Assembly (NCBI GenBank): GCA_048939015.1
Contig: JBHLPW010000015.1
Span: 18,438-82,437 of the forward strand
DNA: 64,000 bases
Source of the DNA: Promethearchaeota archaeon
Lineage (GTDB): Archaea; Asgardarchaeota; Lokiarchaeia; Sigyniarchaeales; SOKP01
Reading direction: 5' to 3'
Shown here in pieces: positions 30,226 through 40,162 of the stretch. The translations under genes and the position numbers were made by a program. The number at the start of each line of letters is the position of its first letter. The stretch's first letter is position 1. Below the pieces are notes generated by a model that was not told where the DNA came from, made no database searches, and was given only the letters and a program-made list of their open reading frames with translations.

Positions 30226-30786
30226 TCACCTCTCCTTAAACTCATCAATATCTACATCTATAACTTCCTCAAATTCATTAAAAATCTCTTCCTTACTCAT
30301 TTCCTTTTCCTGTTCATGTTTGTCTTGCTCTTCTATGAATTGTTTTACTTTTTCCTTAATTTCCTTTTGATTTTTATCATAAAATTTCTCTAAATTTTTA
30401 TCTTCTAATTCTTTATGTTTATCATTCTGGCTTAATGTAGGATATTCTCTTAACTCTCCATCTAAGTCAAAATCTACCTTAGTGAATTCTTTTTTACTTC
30501 TTAGTGAAGGTGATATTTTTCTTTTTATTGTTTGTTTTTTAGGTGATTCTTCTTTCTTATTGAAATATTTGGTTATACTTCCTTTCTGCTTGTTTACTTT
30601 GTTGCTATTTATTTCTTCGGTTACTTCTTTAATTGTACTTTCTATTCTGGTTCGAAATAAATCTTTATTTTGCTCGTATTTTTCTTTATCTGCTCGAAAG
30701 GATATCACTTTACTTGGATTCTCAAATTTCTTTGGTCTATGTCCTCTCTTTTTCTTTTCTAAATTATCTTCTGCTATTTGAAACAC
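30226..30786 (-). CDS. Hypothetical protein, N-terminal RHH-like DNA-binding motif
   Basis: RGHRPKKF...KVISFRA. Confidence 0.6.
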   Translation of the reverse strand: MFQIAEDNLEKKKRGHRPKKFENPSKVISFRADKEKYEQNKDLFRTRIESTIKEVTEEINSNKVNKQKGSITKYFNKKEESPKKQTIKRKISPSLRSKKEFTKVDFDLDGELREYPTLSQNDKHKELEDKNLEKFYDKNQKEIKEKVKQFIEEQDKHEQEKEMSKEEIFNEFEEVIDVDIDEFKER

Positions 30787-30793
30787 CTAGTCT

Positions 30794-31408
30794 TCATTTA
30801 TACTCTTTTTTTTTATTTGTTCTTTCGAAATAAATATTATAAAGAAACGAAGGATCGATAACTTTATACTTTATTAATTTTCTTGGAGTTATCACTACAT
30901 AATCAGGATTCATAGAAGCTAATTTATGATATATCAAACTGAATTCTATGTTGATATCCTCTTTATCTTCAATTTCAATTTCATTTCTTAATTGGCTTAG
31001 ATCAATGTTATGAGTAAGTTCAATTTCTATTAATCGACATTTGCATACCTCAAATGCATCTAATAGGCTAGTTATAGTGGGTTTATTTCTAATTAATCTC
31101 AGAAATCTTTTTATTTCACTATGTACTTCCTTTCTGTTCATTTCTTCTAGGTTTTTAAAGACTCTATCTTTGATAGATTCTTTTTTGATATACCTTACAA
31201 GCTCTAATTTCTCTAGCATTCCATTTCCTTCTAATTCTTCATACAATCTAACAGCCTCTTTCATTCCTTCCTCATTAATACCATTCAAATTAATTTCCTG
31301 ATACCCTTTTTGGATGTTCATTTGTATTACAAAATTTTCTAAAAATTTATTTATAAACATCATCCTTCTTGTGAATAGAAAAATTGAGACTCTTAAGGAA
31401 TTCTTCAA
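30794..31408 (-). CDS. Hypothetical protein
   Basis: 204 aa ORF; true start probably near 31363 (AAGG RBS). Confidence 0.6.
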   Translation of the reverse strand: MKNSLRVSIFLFTRRMMFINKFLENFVIQMNIQKGYQEINLNGINEEGMKEAVRLYEELEGNGMLEKLELVRYIKKESIKDRVFKNLEEMNRKEVHSEIKRFLRLIRNKPTITSLLDAFEVCKCRLIEIELTHNIDLSQLRNEIEIEDKEDINIEFSLIYHKLASMNPDYVVITPRKLIKYKVIDPSFLYNIYFERTNKKKEYK

Positions 31409-31415
31409 GTAATAT

Positions 31416-31619
31416 GAGGGTTGCTGAACGCAAGTGAAGCTAGAGTAGGGCGTAGCTTTCCAACTGACCTTTAGGAAGGAAGGAAAGCAAGAACTACTCG
31501 TATCCCTCCGTTAAAAAATTAAGACTGAGTTGTTTTGCAGAGCAAAACTAGACCAAGACGTAGCTTTCCAATTGATATGAAATGAAAGAAGGAAAGCAAG
31601 GATTGGTAGTATCGAAGTC
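31416..31619 (+). ncRNA. Two tandem copies of a structured RNA or ssDNA motif
   Basis: Shared CTAGA..CGTAGCTTTCCAAYTGA..GAAGGAAAGCAAG..GTATC with covarying stems AGTAG/CTACT versus ACCAA/TTGGT; units 31416-31508 and 31523-31619. Confidence 0.6.
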
Positions 31620-31644
31620 GAAAAAACTTAATCTATTTTCCTCA

Positions 31645-31755
31645 TTCGTAATACAACACTCAACTAAGATTGAATTGTAAGACAAATGAAAATACCCAAT
31701 TTCAATTGTAGTACAATTGTAATTTCTCTCTATGTAACAAGTATATTTAACGACA
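31645..31755. repeat. GTAnTAC-type repeats at the element's right end
   Basis: Cores at 31648, 31677 and 31708; 31700-31717 is the exact reverse complement of 23190-23207. Confidence 0.75.
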
Positions 31756-32550
31756 GTTAAGATTGTCCGATGGGATTTGGGAGGTCAAAAAGGTTATAGA
31801 AAAATATATTTGGGCAATAAAAGCAAATATTTTACTGATACGCAGTCAATATTTTATGTCATTGATATTCAAGCACCAAAAAAATTTGAAGAAGCATTAA
31901 CCTTTCTTAAAGATATTATAAATATAACCTCAAACTCTCATCCTGAAAATTTTCAGTTATTAATACTACTTCATAAATACGATCCAGATGTCAAGAACAA
32001 GAAAGAAACTCAAATCCACGTAAATTATCTCGAAAATCAAATATTGCCTGCTGTTAAAAATGTCAAGTATTCTATTCATAAAACTTCTATTTATGATGAA
32101 CCAAGTCTATTAAAGGCTTTTTCTGATGGTGTTTTTTATGCAACACATAAATCAAAAATGTTTGAATCCTTATTAAAAGAATATATGGGTAAAACATATA
32201 ATAGTTCTATGCTCCTACTTGATCAAAATTGTTTTATAATCGCTAGTCGGACCACAGATGAAAGCTACCAGAAAATTTGTGAAGCAATCGCTCCAAGATT
32301 AACTCAAGCTTTAGAAAAGCTAGAGGAATGGGATATAAATACAATAGATATAGTAACAAACATAGAATTTTCAGAAAAACAATCGAAGGATCAAAAAGAA
32401 GGAATAATTTTCTTGAGAAAACTAGATATCAGTAATACTAGATTTTATCTAATCGCACTTTGTTTGAATAAAAATGTAAAGACTAAATCATATGAATTTC
32501 TTCCATTATTAGCAGATAATTTAAAAAATTTATTAGAGAGTTTTGAGTAA
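31756..32550 (+). pseudogene. 5'-truncated Rag/Arf-like small GTPase with C-terminal roadblock/longin-like domain
   Basis: In-frame VKIVRWDLGGQ (G3), HKYD (G4), TSI (G5); G1 and G2 absent, in-frame TAA at 31735. Confidence 0.8.
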
Positions 32551-32735
32551 CCAGCAACCATAAATTAAGATTTCTAAATTTTCCATTAATTCTTTATGAT
32601 GATTTTAGTCTAGAATTGTAGGTATTTACTTTTCTTTTTAAAAAAAAAAAAAGTTTAATTTTACTTTCAATCACCTCTCTGTGGGTGGGGTTTAAATACT
32701 TGTGACTAAAATAAATTTAAACAAAGGTTTAAAAT

Positions 32736-33929
32736 ATGATTACAAAATCCAATATCAATATTAACTATGTAGGCCCTAAAGCTCTTTTTGACCCTAATTA
32801 TATCCCACCCATTTTATTACATAGAAAAAAAGAAGAAAATTCTCTCTTTTCGATTTTAAATGATTCAATTTCTGATGAGTTCAATCTAAATATACTCTAT
32901 CAAGGAATTAATGGCATTGGAAAGAAAGTAATAGTTAATAAAGTATTAACTGACCTTTTAAATCAAAACAAAGATTTCATTAAAATTAATAAAATATCTA
33001 TAGATTGTAAAGAAAAAAATCCTGAAGAATTAATTTTTTTATTACTAAGTGAAATAAATGGATTATCAAATCTTAACTTAGATTTTCGACCTTTACTCAA
33101 TTCAGAGATACCAAAGCTGTGGAACACCTTTAAATATATTTGTAATAGAACTGATTCTCATTTATTCTTTTTATTTAATAATGTTGAATATTTAGAACCT
33201 GAAATTTTCAATAAATTCCTTCAATTTGGCAAAGAGTCAAATATAACATTAATATCAACGGTAAATAAAATTATACGACCTGGAACAATGGAATTATTCT
33301 CTGAATTTGATTTAAAAAAAAAATTAGAACTTTTTTCTTATCAAGAACTTTATTCTATTCTTAAACAAAGAATGCAACTGAGTTTTTCACATGAAATTGA
33401 TAGAAACCTCATTAGATATATAACAGATTTAATCTGTGAACAATATGTGCCTGTTCCAGGTAAAGGAATTGAAATAATACGAGATTTATATCCAATTTTA
33501 AAGAACAAAAATAATATAGATAATTATGAAATATTAGATATTTGTCAAAACGAATTTGATTCTTTGCAAATTTCTGATGAGTTTAACATGATTAATTATC
33601 TTTCTGATGAAGACATTTTAACAGTAGTATTTTTAGATAATTTTTCAAATTATTTTAATAGAAAAAATAGATATTACATTTCTTTAAAAGAATTACATGA
33701 ATTATATGAAATTTCTTGTGAGATTTTAGAATATGAAAAAGAATTCAATGAATTTTGCAGAATAACCAACGAATTTTTGAATATCGGAATTATAAAACCA
33801 TCAAAAAGAACCATTATTAAAAAAAATCATTATGAAAGTTTTAATGGTGTAAATTATGATTCTTTCTTTATAATGATGAATCCTAAACAAATAAAGGTAA
33901 TTATTGATGCTATTTTTAACCAATGTTAA
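32736..33929 (+). CDS. Divergent, probably inactive Orc1/Cdc6 paralogue
   Basis: FDPNYIPPILLHRKKE, GINGIGKK, degenerate Walker B (FNNVE), C-terminal WH. Confidence 0.75.
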   Translation: MITKSNININYVGPKALFDPNYIPPILLHRKKEENSLFSILNDSISDEFNLNILYQGINGIGKKVIVNKVLTDLLNQNKDFIKINKISIDCKEKNPEELIFLLLSEINGLSNLNLDFRPLLNSEIPKLWNTFKYICNRTDSHLFFLFNNVEYLEPEIFNKFLQFGKESNITLISTVNKIIRPGTMELFSEFDLKKKLELFSYQELYSILKQRMQLSFSHEIDRNLIRYITDLICEQYVPVPGKGIEIIRDLYPILKNKNNIDNYEILDICQNEFDSLQISDEFNMINYLSDEDILTVVFLDNFSNYFNRKNRYYISLKELHELYEISCEILEYEKEFNEFCRITNEFLNIGIIKPSKRTIIKKNHYESFNGVNYDSFFIMMNPKQIKVIIDAIFNQC

Positions 33930-34101
33930 ATTCTTCTGAAATTCAAATATTTTTTGTTTTAATTTAAGAAAAAAAATCAATTCAAAACGATTACAAAAAT
34001 CAGAAAATGTAAAACAGATTTTTTTAATAAGATATCTTATATATTTATAGGTATAATCACACTATTTTTTTAATAATAAAGAGTAGTAATGGAGATAAAT
34101 T

Positions 34102-37100
34102 TTGACATATATTAAAAAAATTTCTATGAGTGGTTTCAAATCTTTTGGAGATCGAACAGTTACCATCAGGCTTTCAAGTGGTTTTACATGTATAGTAGGA
34201 CCGAATGGAGCTGGAAAATCTAATATAATAGATGCTTTATGTTTCTCGTTAGGGCGGCTTAGCAAAAAAACAATGAGGGCCAAAAGTCTAGAGGATCTCA
34301 TTTTTGCAGGTTCACGAGGAAAAAACCCCTCACAAAGAGCTTCAGTTACGCTTTATTTTGATAATTCTGAAAATGTTTTTCCAGGAGGCACTGGTGATTT
34401 TGAAATTACGCGAGTTATAAAACGAGGTGGAGGCGGGGGATATAAGATGAATGGAAAAAAGGCTACTCGCCAACAAATTCTTAATGCTCTAGCAGCAGCA
34501 AACGTTGATCCCGACGGTAGTAATCAATTTGTATTACAAGGAAAGATTGTTGAACTAACTCATATGAACCCTGAAGATCGTAGAAGATTTATTGAGGAAT
34601 TAATTGGACTTCAAAAATATGACGAAATGAAAGATTCCACTTTAAAAGAGTTGGAAAAAGCAGAAAGAGATTTAGGACAATTTGAAGCGATCTTTAAAGA
34701 AGTTTCAGCTCAACTAAAAAAAGTTGAAAAAGAAAAAAATGACGCGTTAGCCTGGAAAGAATTAGATGAACAAATAAATTATTTGAATTCACAGCTCATT
34801 GCCCTAAAAATTGCAAAATTAAGAGAAGAAGAGGATGACTTAGAAAAAAAAATTGAAAATTCTTCTAAAATCGTTGAAGAATTGCAGGAAAAAATAAACC
34901 GGCAAGAAGATATATTAAAGCAGGAATCTCTCGTTATGGATAATATCCAAAAAACTATTACTGATAAAGAAAAAGAACGAGAAGCAATTGCTGAAAATAT
35001 AACTCAAATAAAAACTCAAATATCTTCAAGTCAAACAACATTGAACTTAGATAAGAAATCAATTGATAAAATAACTAAAGAGATTGAAACTTTAGAGAAC
35101 TTACAAATGAAACTTGAAGAAGACCAAACTTTTGATTCATTAATAGAAATAGTGTCAAAGGATATCTCAGAAAATGAAGAAAATATCGAAGAAGCTAAAA
35201 AAGAAATTGAAAAAAGACAACAAAACCAAGCTGAATTAGACCTTAAGATAAAAAATAATGAAGATGAAAAAGCACAATTTCAAGCAGAGATTTCTAAAAT
35301 ACAACAAAATATATCATCTAATAACGCTCAAATTAAGGTTTTAAGAGGAAATATAAAAAAGAATGAAGAAAAGAAAGAAAAATTAGAAACTGAATTACAG
35401 CGATTAAAAAAGGATGCCGAAAGTATTGATGAGGCTATTGAAGCAACTAAAAAGGCAGAATCAGAAATTCGAAATAGAATAAATGACTTAAATATAAAAA
35501 TTTCAAAAGAAAATCAAAATCAAAAAGATTTGGAAAATAAAATTGCTTCAATTCAAGGCGATAAAAATAATCTCAATTCTAAATTATCTAATTTTCAAGC
35601 AACATTATCGTCTATAAGCACAGAAATTAAAATGAATCAGACTAGTATACAAGATTTAGACAAAAAGAAAACTAACATAGAAGAGAAAATTAAAGAATTA
35701 AGTAAGGGTCAAGATACTGAAAAAGCAGTTAAGGAATTATTAAGTGAAAATGAAAACATAAATAAGGAATTGGGCGATTTAAAAGCAAAATTAAAACAAG
35801 AAAATTCAGTATATCGGAAAAATGAACAAGATCTTGAACTTGTTAAAATGAAAAAATATTCTTGTGAATCAGAAATCAATGACAATAATGCAAAGATTGA
35901 CAATATTAATACAGAATTAAAAATTCTTGCCAAAGAATTAACAAAGTTGGAACGAGAGAAGAATAATTTAGATTTACAAGTAGATGCTCATGATAAAAAT
36001 CTACAAGATATTTCAAGTTCAACTGAAAAATTTATTAATAAAAAGGATAATGTAGAAAGACGTTTAGAGGAACTTGCACAAGAGAAAGAAAATTTAACAA
36101 AAAAAATCGAGACTTCGGAAGAGGAATATGAGAAAAATACAAAAGATATTACAGGAATTCTTCAAATCTTAAATATGTTGACTCAGAATATCAATATCTC
36201 AGTTGAATCTATTAAAAGCAATATACAACAATCAAACGCAGAAGCAATTGAATTATCTGCTGAAGATTTTAAAAAGTTCATATTAGATATAATTGATATA
36301 ATGAAAACTATTGAGGATATTGGTGAAGATTCTGAACAAGCTGCAGAAATGACAGATATGCTAAAGTCTATCATGCAAACCCTAAAATTGTTTACAGATA
36401 ATGCTGATGATACAATTAATCAATTAATTGAAAAAGTAAAAGAATCAGCAGATGTTGAAGTACAAAGTTCAACCTCTACGTTTGATAGTTTTGTTCAAGA
36501 TCTAATGGAAATTCTTGAAAATGTGTATCTCTCTTTAAGAAAACTAACTATGTCTAAAAGCCAAGAATTATATAAACAGTTGGAAGAAATTTCAGATACA
36601 ATTAATTCTCAGACTGAAGATTTCAACAAAATCGAAAAGCAGTTGACTGAAAATAATATTCAAGAAAAGCACTTATCTGAAAATCTCGCAGCCTATAAAA
36701 AGAGATTAAATGAAATTGACAAAAGAACTAGTGAAATAACTGAGAGAATTAAAAAGGGAGAAGACGAGATTAAAGAAAGAAATGAAACAATAAAGACTAG
36801 ACAATCTGAAGCCAATGAACTCAATAGTGAAGTAGAACAATTATCAACGTTAAAAGACACTTATTGGGATAAATTAACTAAAATTCAAGATAATATCGAT
36901 CAAAAGCAAAAAGAATCAGATAATTTAAAAGAAAAATTACAAGAATTGCACGGAATTCAGAATCTATTTGAAGCAATAATAGAAATTGATGATAACAAAG
37001 AAAAATTGAATAATACTATTGAAGAAAAGAAAAATCTAATAATAAACACTGAAGAAAATATAAAAAACATTCAAGAAGAACAAAATTCATTACAAAAAAA

Positions 37101-38553
37101 CATAGATGAACTTGTTTTACAAAAAGAGAATTTCTGGGAAATAACTGGTAATTTGCGAAAGCAAATCGACGATGAAAATAAAGCTCTTGAGGATACAATG
37201 GATCGATTAAGGGCACTTGAAAATGTAATGAGGATTATAAACTCTATTGAAGATATTAAAAAAGAAAATAGTGAAGCTAAAAATAATGTCGAAACATGCT
37301 TAAAAGATATTGAAGGATTTAATACTCAAGTTGAAAAAATTCAAGTAAATGTGGATCAAAAGCAAGAAATAATAGATAAATTAAGAAACGAAAAAAAAGA
37401 AGAATTAGAATCACAAAAAGCTGCTCAAAAGAAATTAAACAAATTGAATAAAGATTTACAGAAATCTCAAGGGAAACTCAATGAACTAAATAAAAATAAG
37501 GAAAGAGAACAAAAGATTATTGGGTTACATCAGGAGATAAAGGAAATTGAACAACAGATAGAATCGATAACAAATGAATTAACCAGTTTTAAAGAAACGT
37601 TAGAAAGTGAAAACGAAAAGAAAAATGAAAAACAAAAAGAAATCGATAAGTTTGTTCAAGAAAAAGATGAATCATGGAAAAAGCAAAAACAATATCAAAA
37701 AGTTATAACTGACTTAAAATCAGATCTTTCTATGGAAAATTCTAAAATCAACAATTTTGAATCAAGAAAGATAATGTGTACTGATCAAATTGAAACACTA
37801 TTCCAGCGTTCTAAAGAATATGGGTCTTTACCTCCTATAACTGAAGGTCTTTCTGAAGCGGAATTGCAATCAGATATTGTAGAAAAAACGCAAAAGAAAA
37901 AAACCCTTGAACCAGTGAATTTAAAAGCAATTGAACAATATGACACTGTAAAAGAAAGATTTGACGAGATAGATATGAGACGACAAACAATACAGCGAGA
38001 AAGAAAGTCAATTTTAGATGCTATTGACAAGATTGAACTAGAAAAAACTAGAACATTTATGAAAGCATATCATGAAATAAATAGAGAATTTAGTAGGATT
38101 TTTCAGAAACTTAGCCCAGGAGGTTCAGCGAAAATGATTTTGGATAGACCAGATAAGCCATTTGAAGGAGGTATTAGCATAGAAGCAAGACCAAGGGGTA
38201 AGAAAATTAGCTCCTTAGAGATATTAAGTGGTGGTGAAAAAACTTTAGTAGCATTATCTTTTATATTTGCGGTCCAAGAATTTTATCCCGCTCCATTTTA
38301 TGTAATGGATGAGATCGATGCGGCCTTGGATGGCCCGAACGTTCATAGGGTATCGACTGTGATACAAGAATTCTCAAAACAAGCTCAATTCCTCGTTATA
38401 AGCCATCGCGAAGAAAATATAGTTAACGCCGACCGAATATATGGTGTATCAATGCAACAAAGCGGCATAACGGATATCTTTAGTGTCGATTTAGAAGAAG
38501 AGGCAAAAAGAATTCTTGAGCTTGAAGATGTCGAACCAACGATTCCAGAATAA
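34102..38553 (+). CDS. smc: Chromosome segregation protein SMC
   Basis: GFKSF, GPNGAGKSN, Q-loop LQG, PVNLKA, LSGGE, MDEIDAALD, ISH; upstream of scpAB. Confidence 0.95.
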   Translation: MTYIKKISMSGFKSFGDRTVTIRLSSGFTCIVGPNGAGKSNIIDALCFSLGRLSKKTMRAKSLEDLIFAGSRGKNPSQRASVTLYFDNSENVFPGGTGDFEITRVIKRGGGGGYKMNGKKATRQQILNALAAANVDPDGSNQFVLQGKIVELTHMNPEDRRRFIEELIGLQKYDEMKDSTLKELEKAERDLGQFEAIFKEVSAQLKKVEKEKNDALAWKELDEQINYLNSQLIALKIAKLREEEDDLEKKIENSSKIVEELQEKINRQEDILKQESLVMDNIQKTITDKEKEREAIAENITQIKTQISSSQTTLNLDKKSIDKITKEIETLENLQMKLEEDQTFDSLIEIVSKDISENEENIEEAKKEIEKRQQNQAELDLKIKNNEDEKAQFQAEISKIQQNISSNNAQIKVLRGNIKKNEEKKEKLETELQRLKKDAESIDEAIEATKKAESEIRNRINDLNIKISKENQNQKDLENKIASIQGDKNNLNSKLSNFQATLSSISTEIKMNQTSIQDLDKKKTNIEEKIKELSKGQDTEKAVKELLSENENINKELGDLKAKLKQENSVYRKNEQDLELVKMKKYSCESEINDNNAKIDNINTELKILAKELTKLEREKNNLDLQVDAHDKNLQDISSSTEKFINKKDNVERRLEELAQEKENLTKKIETSEEEYEKNTKDITGILQILNMLTQNINISVESIKSNIQQSNAEAIELSAEDFKKFILDIIDIMKTIEDIGEDSEQAAEMTDMLKSIMQTLKLFTDNADDTINQLIEKVKESADVEVQSSTSTFDSFVQDLMEILENVYLSLRKLTMSKSQELYKQLEEISDTINSQTEDFNKIEKQLTENNIQEKHLSENLAAYKKRLNEIDKRTSEITERIKKGEDEIKERNETIKTRQSEANELNSEVEQLSTLKDTYWDKLTKIQDNIDQKQKESDNLKEKLQELHGIQNLFEAIIEIDDNKEKLNNTIEEKKNLIINTEENIKNIQEEQNSLQKNIDELVLQKENFWEITGNLRKQIDDENKALEDTMDRLRALENVMRIINSIEDIKKENSEAKNNVETCLKDIEGFNTQVEKIQVNVDQKQEIIDKLRNEKKEELESQKAAQKKLNKLNKDLQKSQGKLNELNKNKEREQKIIGLHQEIKEIEQQIESITNELTSFKETLESENEKKNEKQKEIDKFVQEKDESWKKQKQYQKVITDLKSDLSMENSKINNFESRKIMCTDQIETLFQRSKEYGSLPPITEGLSEAELQSDIVEKTQKKKTLEPVNLKAIEQYDTVKERFDEIDMRRQTIQRERKSILDAIDKIELEKTRTFMKAYHEINREFSRIFQKLSPGGSAKMILDRPDKPFEGGISIEARPRGKKISSLEILSGGEKTLVALSFIFAVQEFYPAPFYVMDEIDAALDGPNVHRVSTVIQEFSKQAQFLVISHREENIVNADRIYGVSMQQSGITDIFSVDLEEEAKRILELEDVEPTIPE

Positions 38554-38632
38554 TATTAAATAATTAAGTTACACCTATTAACTTGGAAAAAGACTGCATA
38601 AATGGTCAACTAAAAAATTATTTTTGTAATGT

Positions 38633-40021
38633 TTAAGAATTTCTTGCTGATGCATCATTTTTGCACTTTGGACAAAGAATTTTTATCTTTTTGTAATCTC
38701 TTTTAAGCCAGTATGGTGATTTTTTAAACTTATGTTTATTTGGACATCTATACAATAAGGGTGTTTTAGCATTTATATAATCATTAATTAATTCGCACCC
38801 GAAATTATTTCCTATTTCTTGAAAAAACTCAGTATCCCCTTTTTTATTTCCAAAACAAAAGGAACACCAATTGCCTTGATATATAGAATTTGGTGTGGTT
38901 TTCCAGTAATGCCCATTTTCACAAATGATTATCACTTCAGTTCTAGCTGTAAAATAAGGAGTTATTAACACACCCCCTTTATTTTCAACATATTTTCTGA
39001 ATTTTTGTGCGTACTCATTTTCGTAGATAATGAATTCTTGGTAATCATATTTAGGGGTGTTTTTGAGAATATTTCCAGTTTTTTTTTCATATTCATTTAT
39101 GATATATTCTTGCATTTTATGATAAGGGACAAGTTCATCATCGGGAATTTGAAGGAGGGTCACCCAATTTTCATTGCACAATTTTGGTTTAAGGGCATCT
39201 TCTTTCTGTATGCTTTTTAATTCATCATTAGTCATACCGAAAGCTTTTTTCCGATGCTGAATTCCCTGATATTCAAATGCCAATCCTAAAACATTGTTAT
39301 ATCCATCGAGCTCCAACTGATTTCCGTTTTCATTTGTCAGCCAAGGAGGGTAACTTTTCGGGAATGGTCTTTTAAAAATTCTTTCAAAAAATCTTCTGCA
39401 AATTGTCTCTCCGACATATATATTACAATCTGGACACCACGTGTCTTGATACACCACACTATCATATGTAGGAAAAAAATGATGTGATTCGCAGCATTCA
39501 AGATGCAGTCGTGATTTAGCATTTTTTATTTCTTTCGTGTGGCACTTTCCCCCTTTTTCTTTAACAATTTCTTCGATAGTTTCCAGTGATACATGTTTTT
39601 GCGTACGAACATATTCCTGATATTCCTCTTCCGTAAACATTTCTTTTAGTTGGTTCCTAGCAGAAGTGTCACTTATTAAAAGCCATTCCTCTATATCATA
39701 GGCATTAAACTTTCCCTTATTTTCCAAAAAAAGATTCCTAATAGCCTTAGTTAAGATGTCATCATCCTTAATTTTCATTATTAAAATGATATAGTTTGAA
39801 ATTATTTCTACATGCTTTTTAATAGTGTTAGACTTGTCATTTTGAAGTATATTTTCTAACAGATTCTTCTTTTTTTTTAGAAAATTAATAAAGGTTTGAG
39901 TAGGACGAAGTTTTTTTATCCAACAGCCAAATTTATTAAATTCGTTAATAAAGTCTGTTATTAACTCGTTTTCATGTATATGTCCCAAAAGTTTCTCAAA
40001 TAACTCAGATGTCTGAGACAT
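38633..40021 (-). CDS. Zinc-ribbon-repeat PD-(D/E)XK (Vsr-like) endonuclease
   Basis: WCPDC, LELDGYN...LAFEYQGIQH, CENGHYW...WCSFC. Confidence 0.75.
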   Translation of the reverse strand: MSQTSELFEKLLGHIHENELITDFINEFNKFGCWIKKLRPTQTFINFLKKKKNLLENILQNDKSNTIKKHVEIISNYIILIMKIKDDDILTKAIRNLFLENKGKFNAYDIEEWLLISDTSARNQLKEMFTEEEYQEYVRTQKHVSLETIEEIVKEKGGKCHTKEIKNAKSRLHLECCESHHFFPTYDSVVYQDTWCPDCNIYVGETICRRFFERIFKRPFPKSYPPWLTNENGNQLELDGYNNVLGLAFEYQGIQHRKKAFGMTNDELKSIQKEDALKPKLCNENWVTLLQIPDDELVPYHKMQEYIINEYEKKTGNILKNTPKYDYQEFIIYENEYAQKFRKYVENKGGVLITPYFTARTEVIIICENGHYWKTTPNSIYQGNWCSFCFGNKKGDTEFFQEIGNNFGCELINDYINAKTPLLYRCPNKHKFKKSPYWLKRDYKKIKILCPKCKNDASARNS

Positions 40022-40162
40022 TAAAACTTTTTTTTCTTTTGAATTTAATTTAGCATAAATATATTTAAAATCATCTAATTTTAGAGATTGTTCTTTTAGA
40101 CCTACAGTAATTCTTAAAAAATCTAAAAAATAATTATAATAAATATCTAAAATTGAAAGAAA

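Larger units (their letters stand above)
1..31755. mobile_element. Large integrated mobile region (possibly composite); right junction near 31755, left end outside the window
   Basis: Mostly minus-strand accessory genes (HUH Rep, HerA/VirD4-like ATPase, extra RPA/Cdc6/RadA, HNH, TIGR04255) and repeat arrays; ends where a 5'-truncated GTPase reading frame begins. No integrase or transposase seen in the window apart from the HUH protein. Confidence 0.7.

Noticed and set aside
31416-31619. Hammerhead ribozyme, SECIS or tRNA
   Set aside because: No CUGANGA core, no cloverleaf and no neighbouring in-frame UGA selenoprotein
23102-31755. Simple Tn7-like unit from TGT at 23102 to ACA at 31755
   Set aside because: Flanks TGGCT and GTTAA do not form a TSD, and no TnsB-like gene lies inside
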